A DNA stretch of 64,000 nucleotides from Octopus sinensis (taxonomy: Eukaryota): positions 9,114,001 to 9,178,000 of the forward strand of contig NC_043010.1 of NCBI RefSeq assembly GCF_006345805.1, given 5' to 3'. Position numbers and translations under genes: made by a program. Positions 51,041 through 64,000 of this stretch are shown piece after piece (the stretch's first letter is position 1; each line of letters starts with the position of its first letter). The notes beneath the pieces are model-generated. The model saw nothing but the letters and a program-made list of their open reading frames with translations, did not search any database and had not been told where the DNA came from.

Positions 51041-51351
51041 TCAATTATAAACATGAAACTCATAAGGGTAACCCAGGAGCTATCACCTGGGTTTCATCAG
51101 GATATTTTCCCAACATAAGGTATTTTTCCAATACTTTTATGACCTCAATATATAGGTACTGAAGAGAGGATGATTTTAAAAGAGACACTGCATAATACAA
51201 AAGCTGAGAAATATATTGATAAAATATTCACAATAATGATATAAAATTACAAAACATAAGATGTAAAAAGAATATAAAAATATGCAGTATATGCTTTAAT
51301 ATATTTAGATGTGTGTGTGTGTGCATGCTTGTGTGCACGTGTGTGTGCGCA

Positions 51352-51385
<34 letters not shown>

Positions 51386-51509
51386 CATGTGTGTGTGTGC
51401 GTGTGTGTGTGTGTCTATGTATTAAAACAGAAATTAAATTCTGATCATAGAGTTACCAAAGATTTTGTATCCACATATGTAAATAGATGGACATATACAT
51501 ATACATATG

Positions 51510-51511
51510 TA

Positions 51512-51569
<58 letters not shown>

Positions 51570-51570
51570 G

Positions 51571-51601
<31 letters not shown>

Positions 51602-51642
51602 CTATCTATCTATCTATATATCTATCTGTCTATCTATCTATA

Positions 51643-51695
<53 letters not shown>

Positions 51696-51715
51696 CTCTA
51701 TCTCTCTCTCTATAT
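51510..51715. repeat. (ATCT)n microsatellite
   Basis: Directly visible. Confidence 0.95.
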
Positions 51716-52605
51716 ATATATACATATAACTACTAATTTAAAATTAAAATTTTTTTTTCTAGTTTCAGCTCAGAGCTGCGGCCATGCTGATGCACCGCCG
51801 TTTATATACATAAAAAGAAAAATAATGATAAAATAAAGACAAGATAAAACTAGAAATGGGAAGAAAAATACAAAAGAAAATGAAGACGTGGGATGTAGAA
51901 AGGCAGTGTAGAATATACGTAATATATATCAAATAAGAAAAAAAATAAGCCGTAAATAAAAGAAGAGGGGAGCAGTAGATGGTAGGTAAATCATGAGGAT
52001 TTAAGCAATAAAATGGTAAATGGTTAAATGATTCATAGTGCATGGTAAATGATGAATGCTGTATGATAAATGATAAATGCTTGAATGACAAATGGTAAGG
52101 CCCAAAAGCTAGACATTATGTGCAAGGGAGAAGTAAAAAAATATAATGAAAATCATAAAAAAAGTTAATAAAAATAATAATGATAAAAAAGAATGATAAT
52201 CAACCGAGAATTGAAGAAAAATAGGAAAATTGGATGAATGGAAATGTAAGAATAAATTATACATACTGCAATGGATTAAATATTTTGGAGGTAATAATAG
52301 AATTATCAGCTATGGACTATCAAATAATCTATAAGTAACGCATAAATAATGAATAATAATAATAATAATATGTAAATAAACATATAAATATATACAATGC
52401 AAGAACATAAATTAAGTCATGTGTAAATAAATAAATAAATTTAATATATAGATAAATAAATAAATAAATTAAATACAATGATTTAAAAATAAACCATAAA
52501 TAATAAAGAATAAGAATAAATAATAACAATATAAAAGCGCTAAAAAAAAATAAAAGAAATAGTTGGGCTCAAAAACTGAAAAAGCTGGTAAAGAGAAGGG
52601 AGCCA

Positions 52606-52646
<41 letters not shown>

Positions 52647-52668
52647 TTAGATATACGTACATACATAT

Positions 52669-52715
<47 letters not shown>

Positions 52716-52779
52716 ATATATATATATATATATTATATATATATATATATTATATACATATTTAGATATACGTACATAC

Positions 52780-52810
<31 letters not shown>

Positions 52811-53319
52811 ATATACATATATATATATATATATACATACATATGTACATACATACATGCATGCATACATACAAACACACACACACGCACACACACATAC
52901 ACACACACATACACACACACATACACACACACATACACACACACATATATGTACATATAAAGCTAATTATAATAACGATTTCTAATCTCCTTATTTGCCC
53001 ATAAAGGAAGCCACATACATTATTCATACTTACAAAGACATAAGACCTTAAATATTGCCGGAGAGTAAACAAAGGCATGTGAGGCGGCACACATAAGCGA
53101 TATATAAAAATGAGGAAGGAGTGAAAGACATTATTAAATAAATATCTATCTTCATTTTTTATCATTCATTTGTTTCAGTCATTGGACTACAGCTATTCTG
53201 GAGTGCCATCTCGAAGAGTTACTTAAACAAATGTTAATATCTGGTACTTATTCTATTTTAAGTTTCAGGGATATAATAGACCAACGCTAGTTGTCAAGCA
53301 ATGGATAAACACAAACACA

Positions 53320-53350
<31 letters not shown>

Positions 53351-54098
53351 CCAGTCTGGGAATCAAACTCACCAGCTCATGATTGTGAGTCTGATGTTCT
53401 AACGACTGAGTCATGTGCCATCACCAGAAATAATACCAACAGATACCCAAAAGGATGTTAGAAAATGAATCTGAAAAATATCTTGAGAGAGTTTAATACC
53501 TAAACAAAGTGATAAAACTCTAGGAACCATAAATTATATAGGTTCAGGAAGGGGCCAGTTGATTAGATTGACCCCAGTATGCAACTGGTACTCAATTTAT
53601 CAACCCCGAAAGGATGAACAGCAAAGTCGATCTTGGGAGAATTTGAACTCAGAATGTAAAGACAGACAAAATGCTGCTAAGCATTTGCCTGGTGTGCTAA
53701 CATTTCTGCCTGGGGTTGAAAGTGTTCCCCTAAAATTTTGGCAGGATAATCAAAATGCTTTGGACATCCACCTGAAGCTCAAAACAAACAAGCATGGAAA
53801 CGTTTTTGACTAATTTTGAAGCATGACTTTTTCATTATTAGATGTAAGATGGCAAGCTGGCAGAAATGTTAGCATGCCAGGCAAAATGCTTAGCAGCATT
53901 ATTTTTTTGTCTGTCTTTACGTTCTGAGTTCAAATTCTGCCAAGATCGACTTTGCCATTCATCCTTTCAGGGTCTATAAATTAAGCACTAGTTGTATACT
54001 GGGGTCAATCTAATCAATTAGCCCCTCCCCCCAAAATTTCAGGCCTTGCTCCTAGAATAGAAAAGATTATTAGATGTATTTGATTTGATTGACATATA

Positions 54099-54288
54099 TA
54101 GGCGCAGGAGTGGCTGTGTGGTAAGTAGCTTGCTAACCAACTACATGGTTCTGGGTTCAGTCCCACTGCGTGGCATCTTGGGCAAGTGTCTTCTGCTATA
54201 GCCTCGGGCTGACCAATGCCTTGTGAGTGGATTTGGTAGACGGAAACTGAAAGAAGCCTGTCGTATATATGTATATATATATATATAT

Positions 54289-54321
<33 letters not shown>

Positions 54322-54520
54322 TTGTCCCCCTAGCATTGCTTGACAACCGATGCTGGTGTGTTTACGTCCCCATCACTTAGCGGTTCGACAAAAGAGATCG
54401 ATAGAATAAGTACTGGGCTTACAAAAAATAAGTCCCGGGGTCGATTTGCTCGACTAAAGGCGGTGCTCCAGCATGGCCGCAGTCAAATGACTGAAACAAG
54501 TTAAGAGTAAAGAGAAAAGA
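54099..54520 (+). mobile_element. SINE family B, full length
   Basis: Complete head TAGGCGCAGGAGTGG through the gactgaaacaag tail. Confidence 0.9.
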
Positions 54521-54689
54521 GTATATATATAATAATAAATACTGTTATTATACCTGTTTGTTTTGATAATACGATTAAAATAATTGACCTTGTTTGTAAA
54601 AACTCTGGATTTGGGTTTGCAACTACTAAGCAAATTTTGTTGCTGTACTTATGATGAATTATTGTAGCTAAGAAAACCGAGCTATACTA

Positions 54690-54960
54690 CATTACAGATG
54701 TAACCACCCTAGGTGACCACAATGTAGCTAGCAAAAAGAGCAACAAGATTGTTAATTATTTGGAGCTCTGGTTGGCAATTTCAAGAAAGTGGGAACACAC
54801 AAACTGAAGTTATGCCAATAGTAATTGGTGCCCTTGGCTCCATTCCTAACAAGTTAACAACATACATCAATATACATCAACAAATACAACAATATAAATG
54901 CCTAACGTTGTATATTTATAGAAACTGGAATTTCTTGGATTTGCCAAAATCCTGCAAAAG
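54690..54960 (+). mobile_element. Decayed RLE-domain fragment
   Basis: TEVMPIVIGALGSIPNKL motif. Confidence 0.6.
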
Positions 54961-55059
54961 TTACTATTTGTTTGCGTTCGTGGCTTAATAGAGAGCACCT
55001 ATTACATACCTAGCTAAGATCTTAAGCTACATTAAAAGATTTGATGATGATGATGATGA

Positions 55060-55335
55060 TGATGATAAGAATTAAGTATGAAATAGTCCAGCTATGGAAA
55101 ATGAAGAAGGTGAAGATAGTGTCAATTATTGTTGGTTCCTTGGAGACAGTATCAGAAGGCATCAAGAGGAATAAAGGAAATTGGAATAGAATGTCCAGTA
55201 GAACTATTACAAAAGGTTTGCTTCATTGGCACAGCCAGAATAATCAGGAAAGTATTAGATAGTTAAAAAAGAACAGATGGCATGGTACTGTAGGATGTAG
55301 GCAGTAAGCCCGCTATGCACGCAAGATTCCAGGAG
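55060..55335 (+). mobile_element. R4/Dong-like 3' fragment
   Basis: KYEIVQLWKMKKVKIVSIIVGSLETVS...LQKVCFIGTARIIRKVLDS*, followed by (AAT)n. Confidence 0.75.
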
Positions 55336-55584
55336 CTGCATCAAAACCTGAGATAAAAATAATAATAATAATCCTTTCTACTATAGGCACAAGACCTGAA
55401 ATTTAGGGTGAAGGGGCTAATCGATTACATTGATCCCAGTGCATAACTGGTACTTCTTTCGGTGACCCTGAAAGAACGAAAGGCAAAGTTAACCTCAGTG
55501 GAAATTGAATTGAGAATGTAAGGATGGACGAAATGTCGCTAAGTAGTTTGTTTGGCATGCTAACGATTCTGCCGACTCACTGCC

Positions 55585-55643
<59 letters not shown>

Positions 55644-55645
<2 letters not shown>

Positions 55646-55755
55646 TGATTTAAAGTTTTTTCACAAAGCCAGAAATTTGGTAGGAGTGAGTAAGTCATTT
55701 ATATTGACCCCAATACTCAACTGGTATTTATTTTATTGACCCCAAAAGGATGGAA

Positions 55756-55820
<65 letters not shown>

Positions 55821-55939
55821 TAATAATGATGATTTAAAGTTTTTTCACAAAGCCAGAAATTTGGTAGGAGTGAGGAAGTCATTTATATTGACCCCAATAC
55901 TCAACTGGTATTTATTTTATTGACCCCAAAAGGATGGAA

Positions 55940-56004
<65 letters not shown>

Positions 56005-56123
56005 TAATAATGATGATTTAAAGTTTTTTCACAAAGCCAGAAATTTGGTAGGAGTGAGTAAGTCATTTATATTGACCCCAATACTCAACTGGTATTTATT
56101 TTATTGACCCCAAAAGGATGGAA

Positions 56124-56163
<40 letters not shown>
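55644..56163. repeat. Triple tandem duplication, 184-bp period (115-bp SINE-A2 fragment plus 69-bp AAT tract)
   Basis: Units at 55644-55758, 55828-55942 and 56012-56126; one substitution seen. Confidence 0.92.
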
Positions 56164-56165
<2 letters not shown>

Positions 56166-56570
56166 TTGTCTGTTAATAGATATGTCTGTCCCACAAAATC
56201 AAAATGTCTCAAGAAAGGAATACGAAAAGCTTTCTCACTATAAAGATCTGCAAATTGAAATCACAAAAATGTGGAAGCTTTATGATAATACCAGTAGTAA
56301 TTGGTGCATTGAGAATAATAAATAAGGGAGCTGAGAAGTATATTAGGCAACTCCTTGGTAATTCCAATCTCTGTGAACTACAAAAGATAACCTTGATGGG
56401 TACAGCCCATATACTACAGAAAACACTCTTCATCTAAAATGGAATAAATGTGGTGATAATTTTAGCATGCATAGCAAAACAAAAGTGCCCTTGCTACTTT
56501 TGTCCTCTGGAGGATGCCTGGTACTAAGGCAGCTGAAATAAAATTATAATGAAAGGAAACTATAAATGGT
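56164..56570 (+). mobile_element. R4/Dong-like 3' fragment between two (TAA)n tracts
   Basis: ICLLIDMSVPQNQNVSRKEYEKLSHYKDLQIEITKMWKL / PVVIGAL...LQKITLMGTAHILQKTLFI*. Confidence 0.85.
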
Positions 56571-56599
56571 AATAATAATAATAATAACAACAACAACAA

Positions 56600-57148
56600 T
56601 AATAATGGCTTCTGATCTTAACTAATTGGAAGTGTTATCATGTACATTGTTTTGTCTTGGTATAAAAGATAGGCTCCAGCATATATTCTGCTGAATACCA
56701 CAGCTTTGCTTGCCATTTGTTTGACCTTAACCAGTCATTTGTTTGACCATAACCAGTTGAGTATAATCCTTAGTGGCTGATGATACGTGCATCTCTAATC
56801 ATGAGCAGAAGTAGTCGGGAGCATCATAGCCATGTGTTGAAAGGAATTCTTTGGGGTTTGAATAATTCACCTCTGGAAACATGGGTTTTTCGTTCAACAT
56901 CCTTATACAATCCTTATTCAGGGACCTTTTGAGCAGGATAGGCTACTCAACCAGAAGAAAATTCTAACTGGGCCCTACCTGCAAGGTCATGCACTGTTTA
57001 TCTTAATATGAGATCACCATGTCGTGCACAGATGGTCATGATGAATGTGCCTGGTGTACCCTTATCAAATGGGTAGTCATGATGGGTATACTGGGCTTTG
57101 TATATTTTGCTCCAGTGTCACTTTGATGGCATGCACTGCTCTCTCACT
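56600..57148. mobile_element. Unclassified interspersed-repeat-like block flanked by AAT tracts
   Basis: GC-richer block bounded by (AAT/AAC)n. It resembles a common octopus repeat as I recall it; class unknown. Confidence 0.4.
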
Positions 57149-57959
57149 TAGTAACAATAATAATAAGGATAATCTTTTCTGCTATAGGTACAAGGCCTGA
57201 AATTTTGGTGGAGGATACTAGTCGATTATGTGGACCTCAGTGTGTAACTAATACTTATTTCATCTTCCCCAAAAGGATGAAAGGCAAAGTCAACTTTGTT
57301 AGAATTTCAACCCAGAATGTAGTGATAGGAGAAATACTGTTAACCAGTTCATCCAGCATGCTAACGATTCTGCCAATAATGATTTCATTTAATTTGCCAC
57401 AAGGACGTAGGATGAGGGAAACAATGCAAAGATAGACATAAAGTGTGGGGATTTACATATAATGACTCATGTTCCTCTAGTTTCTAATAGAGTTTCATTT
57501 TTATTTCTTAAAACTTTTGCAATTTTTCTCATTAGTTTATTATTCATTACTTTAAGAATGCAATAAATTTGTGTTCAATAAAAAAATACTAATCAAACAT
57601 TTATGTACTATAAAAGTTATTAAATGCAAAAAGGGTCTTACTTCTGCTACATCCTGTATATACCCACACATACACACACACACACACAAATATTTATATA
57701 TATAGCATTACCACCAAGCAATAATTAGGAAAAACTGAAATTTAGGTTAGTTAAAACATGTTTGTGACAGAATAGTTTTGGGAAAATAGTTTTGGCATTT
57801 CTTTTATTCTTTTATTACTTTCAGTCACAGGACAGTGACCATACTGAGGGACTGGCTTAAAGGATCTAATAAATCATATCAACAAGCATTTATATTTCCA
57901 TATATAATTTGTATTATTAATGTTGGCTGTTTACTTTTCATCTATCATTGGCAAAAATT

Positions 57960-58262
57960 CCCATAATACATACATACATACATGCATACATAAATACGTA
58001 CATACATACATACGTACGTACGTACGTACATACATACATACAGACATTCATACATACATACATACATGCATGCATGCATTCATACCTACATACATACATA
58101 CATACATACATACATACATACATACATACATTCATACCTACATACATGCATACATACATTCATACCTACATACACACATACATTCATACATACGTTCATA
58201 CATACATACACACAAGCATACATACATACATGCATGCATGCAAACATACATACATACATATA

Positions 58263-58296
<34 letters not shown>

Positions 58297-58700
58297 CATA
58301 CATACATTCATACATACATACATACATATATACATACATACATTCATACATACATTCATACATACATACATTCATACATGCATACATACATACATATATA
58401 CATACCTACATACATACATTCAAACATACATACATACATACATACATACATACATACATGCATACATAGATGCATACATGCATACATACATACATACATA
58501 CATTCATACCTACCTACATACATACATACATATATACCTACATACATACATACATACCTACCTACATACGTACATACATACATACATACATTCATACCTA
58601 CATACATACATACAAACATACATACATACATACATACATACATGCATACACACACATACATGCGTACACACAAATACATACATACATACATACATACATA
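57960..58700. repeat. (TACA)n microsatellite ~740 bp
   Basis: Directly visible. Confidence 0.95.
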
Positions 58701-58997
58701 GTAACCTGAGAAAGGTTTCTGTGTCAGTAAATAGTGATGGAGTCGGTACAATTTGAAAACAAAATTATAAATTAAGAAACATGACATGGCCAAAAACATC
58801 TGGTAACTTAACTTGGCAACAACATGGTTCTTTAATTTATAATTTTGTCTTCAAATTACACACCCACACACATACACACCTACATACACACATTTAATTG
58901 TAAGTATATATGTATGTACATATACACATAGGTGTATGTGTGTGTGTGTGTTTATACGACGTTTGTGTGTGTGCATGAAATATATAAATACATATAC

Positions 58998-61900
58998 ATT
59001 GAGCATATGCATATATATATTGAGCACATGCATGTATATATATTGAGCACATGCATATATATATATATTGAGCACATGCATGTATATATCCAGCACATGC
59101 ATATAAATATTGAGCACATGCATATATATATATTGAGCACATGCATATATATATTGAGCACATGCATATATATTGAGCACATGGATATATATATTGAGTA
59201 CATGCATATATATATTGAGCACATGCATATATATATATTGAGCACATGCATATATATATTGAGCACATGCATATATATATATATTGAAGAGATGCATATA
59301 TATTGAGCACACGCATATATATATTGAGCACATGCATATATATTGAGCACATGCATATATATATATATATTGAGGAGATGCATATATATATTGAGCACAT
59401 GCATATATATATATATTGAGCACACACATATATATATTGAGCACATGCATATATATATTGAGCACATGCATATATATATATTGAGCACATGCATATATAT
59501 ATATATTAAGCACATGCGTAAATATATTGAGCACATGCATATATATATTGAGCACATACATATATATTGAGCACATGGATATATAAATTGAGCACATACA
59601 TATATATATTGAGCAATGCATATATATTGAGCACATGCATATATATATTGAACACAAACATATATATATTGAGCACACGCATATATATATTGAGCACACG
59701 CATATATATATTGAGCACATGCATATATATTGAGCACATGTATATATTGAGCACATGCATATATATATATATATTGAGGAGATGCATATATATATTGAGC
59801 ACATGCATATATATATATATTGAGCACACGCATATATATATTGAGCACATGCATATATATATTGAGCACATGCATATATATATATTGAGCACATGCATAT
59901 ATATATTAAGCACATGCGTAAATATATTGAGCACATGCATATATATATTGAGCACATACATATATATTGAGCACATGGATATATATATTGAGCACATACA
60001 TATATATATTGAGCAATGCATATATATTGAGCACATGCATATATATATTGAGCACACGCATATATATATTGAGCACATGCATATATATATATTGAGCACA
60101 TGCATATATATATTGAGCACATGCATATATATTGATCACATGCATGTATATATTGAGCACATGCATATATATATTGAGCACATGCATATATATATATTGA
60201 GCAAATGCATATATATTCATCACATGCATGTATATATTGAGCACATGCATATATATATTGAGCACATGCATATATATATATTGAGCACATGCATATATAT
60301 ATTGAGCACATGCATATATATTGACCACATGCATGTATATATTGAGCACATGCATATATATATTGAGCACATGCATATATATATTGAGCACATGCATATA
60401 TATATATTGAGCACATGCATATATATATTGAGCACATGCATATATATTGATCACATGCATGTATATATTGAGCATATGCATATATATATTAAGCACATGC
60501 ATATATATATATATATTGAGCACATGCATATATATATTGAGCACATGCATATATATATTGAGCACATGCATATATATATTGAACACAAACATATATATAT
60601 TGAGCACACACATATATATATATTGAGCACACGCATATATATATTGAGCACATGCATATATATATTGAGCACATGCATATATATATTGAGCACATGCATA
60701 TATATTGATCACATGCATGTATATATTGAGCATATGCATATATATATATATTGAGCACATGCATATATATTGAGCACATGTATATATATTGAGCACATGC
60801 ATATATATTGATCACATGCATGTATATATTGAGCACATGCATATATATTGAGCACATACATATATATATTGAGCACATGCATATATATATTGAGCACATG
60901 CATATATATATTGAGCACATGCATATATATATTGAGCACATGCATATATATATTGAGCACATGCATATATATATATTTCTTTACTACCCACAAGGGGCTA
61001 AACACAGAGGAGACAAACAAGGACAGACAAACGGATTAAGTCGATTACATCGACCCCAGTGCGTAACTGGTACTTAATTTATCGACCCCGGAAGGATGAA
61101 AGGCAAAGTCGACCTCGGCGGAATTTGAACTCGGAACGTAACGGCAGACGAAATACGGCAACGCATTTCGCCCGGCGTGCTAACGTTTCTGCCAGCTCGC
61201 CGCCATGCATATATATATTGAGCAAATGCATATATATATTGAGCACATGCATATATATATTGAGCAAATGCATATATATATATTGAGCACATGCATATAT
61301 ATATATATTGAGCACATGCATATATATATTGAGCACATACATATATATATTGAGCACATGCATATATATATTGAACACAAACATATATATATTGAGCACA
61401 CGCATATATATATTGAGCACACGCATATATATATTGAGCACATGCATATATATATTGAGCACATGCATATATATATTGAGCACATGCATATATATTGATC
61501 ACATGCATGTATATATTGAGCACATGCATGTATATATTGAGCACATGCATATATATTGAGCACATACATATATATTGAGCAAATGCATATATATATTGAG
61601 CACATGCATATATATATTGAGCACATGCTTATATATATTGAGCACATGCATATATATATTGAGTACATGCATATATATTGAGTACATGCATATATATTGA
61701 GCACATGCATATATATATTGAGTACATGCATATATATATTGAGTACATGCATATATATTGAGCACATGCATATATATATATTGAGCACATGCATATATAT
61801 TGAGCACATGCATATATATATTGAGCACATGCATATATATATTGAGCACACTCATATATATATATTGAGTACATGCATACATATATTGAGCACATGCATA

Positions 61901-64000
61901 TATATTGAGTACATGCATATATATTGAGTACATGCATATATATATTGAGCACATGCATATATATATTGAGTACATGCATATATATTGAATACATGCATAT
62001 ATATTGAGCACATGCATATATATTGAGCACATGCATATATATATTGAGCACATGCATATATATATTGAGCAGATGCATATATATATTGAGCACATGCATA
62101 TATATTGATCACATGCATGTATATATTGAGCACATGCATATATATTGGGTAGATGCATATATATTGAGCAAATGCATATATATTGAGCACATGCATATAT
62201 ATATTGAGTACATGCATATATATATATTGAGCACATGCATATATATTGAGCACATGCATATATATATTGAGTACATGCATATATATATTGAGAAATGCAT
62301 ATATATATTAAGCACATGCACATATATATTGAGTACATGCATATATATATTGAGCACATGCATATATATTGAGCACATGCATATATATATTGAGCACATG
62401 CATATATATTGATCACATGCATGTATATATTGAGCACATGCATGTATATATTGAGCACATGCATATATATATTGAGCACATACATATATATATATATTGA
62501 GCAAATGCATATATATATTGAGCACATGCATATATATTGAGCACACGCATATATATATATATTGAGCACATGCATATATATATTGAGCACATGCACATAT
62601 ATATTGAGTACATGCATATATATATTGAGTACATGCATATATATATTGAGCACATGCATATATATATGGAGTACATGCATATATATATTGAGTACATCCA
62701 TATATATATTGAGTACATGCATATATGTTGATCACATGCATGTATATATTGAGCACATGCATATATATTGAGTACATGCATATATATATATTGACTACAT
62801 GCATATATATATTGAGTACATGCATATATATTGAGTACATGCATATATATTGAGCACATGCAATATATATTGAGTACATGCATATATATATTGAGTACAT
62901 GCATATATATATTGAGCACATGCATATATATATTGAGCACATGCATATATATTGAGCACATGCATATATATATTGAGCACATGCATATATATTGAGCACA
63001 TGCATGTATATATTGAGCACATGCATATATATTGATCACATGCATGTATATATTGAGCACATGCATATATATATTGAGTACATGCACATATATATTGAGT
63101 ACATGCATATATATATATATATTGAGCACATGCATGTATATATTGAGCACATGCATATATATATTGATCACATGCATGTATATATTGAGCACATGCATAT
63201 ATATATTGATCACATGCATGTATATATTGAGCACATGCATATATATTGAGTAGATGCATATATATATTGAGTACATGCATATATATATTGAGTACATGCA
63301 TATATATATTGAGCACATGCATATATATTGATCACATGCATGTATATATTGAGCACATGCATATATATATTGAGTACATGCATATATATATTGAGTACAT
63401 GCATATATATATTGAGCACATGCATATATATATTGAGCACATGCATATATATATATATTGATCACATGCATGTATATATTGAGCACATGCATATATATAT
63501 TGACTACATGCATATATATATTGAGTACATGCATATATATATTGACCACATGCATGTATATATTGATCACATGCATGTATATATTGATCACATGCATGTA
63601 TATATTGAGCACATGCATATATATATTGATCACATGCATGTATATTTTGAGCACATGCATATATATATTGAGCACACGCATGTATATATTGAGTACATGC
63701 ATATATATATTGAGCACATGCATATATATATTGATCACATGCATGTATATATTGAGCACATGCATATATATATTGAGTAGATGCATATATATATTGAGTA
63801 CATGCATATATATTGAGTACATGCATATATATTGAGCACATGCATATATATTGATCACATGCATGTATATATTGAGCACATGCATATATATATTGAGTAC
63901 ATGCATATATATATTGAGTACATGCATATATATATTGAGCACATGCATATATATATTGAGCACATGCATATATATATTGATCACATGCATGTATATATTG
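58998..64000. repeat. Minisatellite/satellite array, unit TTGAGCACATGC(AT)3-7 (~20-26 bp), open at the window end
   Basis: Roughly 200+ units, with recurrent variants GAGTAC, GATCAC, GAACACAAAC and GAGGAGATGC. Confidence 0.97.
60975..61204 (-). mobile_element. SINE family A, CpG-rich young copy inserted in the satellite
   Basis: Complete GGCGGCGAGCTGGCAG...GTAAAGAAAT; retains CpGs lost in other copies. Confidence 0.92.

Noticed and set aside
57920-58756. 278-aa His/Thr/Tyr/Ile ORF
   Set aside because: (TACA)n microsatellite.
58851-63990. ORFs of 300-528 aa rich in Cys/His/Tyr/Ile
   Set aside because: They are translations of the satellite; the minus-strand unit lacks stop codons, so several frames are open at once.
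58998-64000. CRISPR-like array (constant repeat plus variable spacer)
   Set aside because: The spacers are only (AT)n, the repeat is 12 bp, there are no cas genes, and the context is eukaryotic.

Overview
AT-rich, repeat-saturated metazoan non-coding DNA. The SINE, RTE and microsatellite repertoire looks like an Octopus-type coleoid cephalopod genome; this comes from pattern recognition, not a database check. I found no host protein-coding exon, rRNA, true tRNA or CRISPR array that I can support. Every long ORF in the track is either a microsatellite/satellite artefact or a transposon fragment. Recognisable contents: at least five tRNA-derived or LINE-tailed SINE families (working labels A-E); fragments of Tc1, mariner, hAT and piggyBac-type DNA transposons; two non-autonomous Helitrons; 3' fragments of CR1-like, RTE, L1/Tx1 and R4/Dong-like LINEs; Penelope-like (PLE) 3' ends carrying minimal hammerhead-ribozyme motifs; and a >5 kb TTGAGCACATGC(AT)n satellite running off the right edge. 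The most interesting signals are: (1) hammerhead motifs in PLE-derived repeats, with stem covariation and a recurrent non-canonical core (CUGUNGA); (2) a near-perfect 334-bp fold-back inside one PLE; (3) a 162-bp inverted duplication 5.4 kb apart, abutting an internally inverted mariner, which suggests an inversion or template-switch scar; (4) six co-oriented R4/Dong fragments in or beside (TAA)n tracts, several of which are tails of an antisense SINE; (5) a small TGT...ACA element with a 5-bp TSD in a three-level nest. SINE boundaries are approximate (about +/-10 bp).
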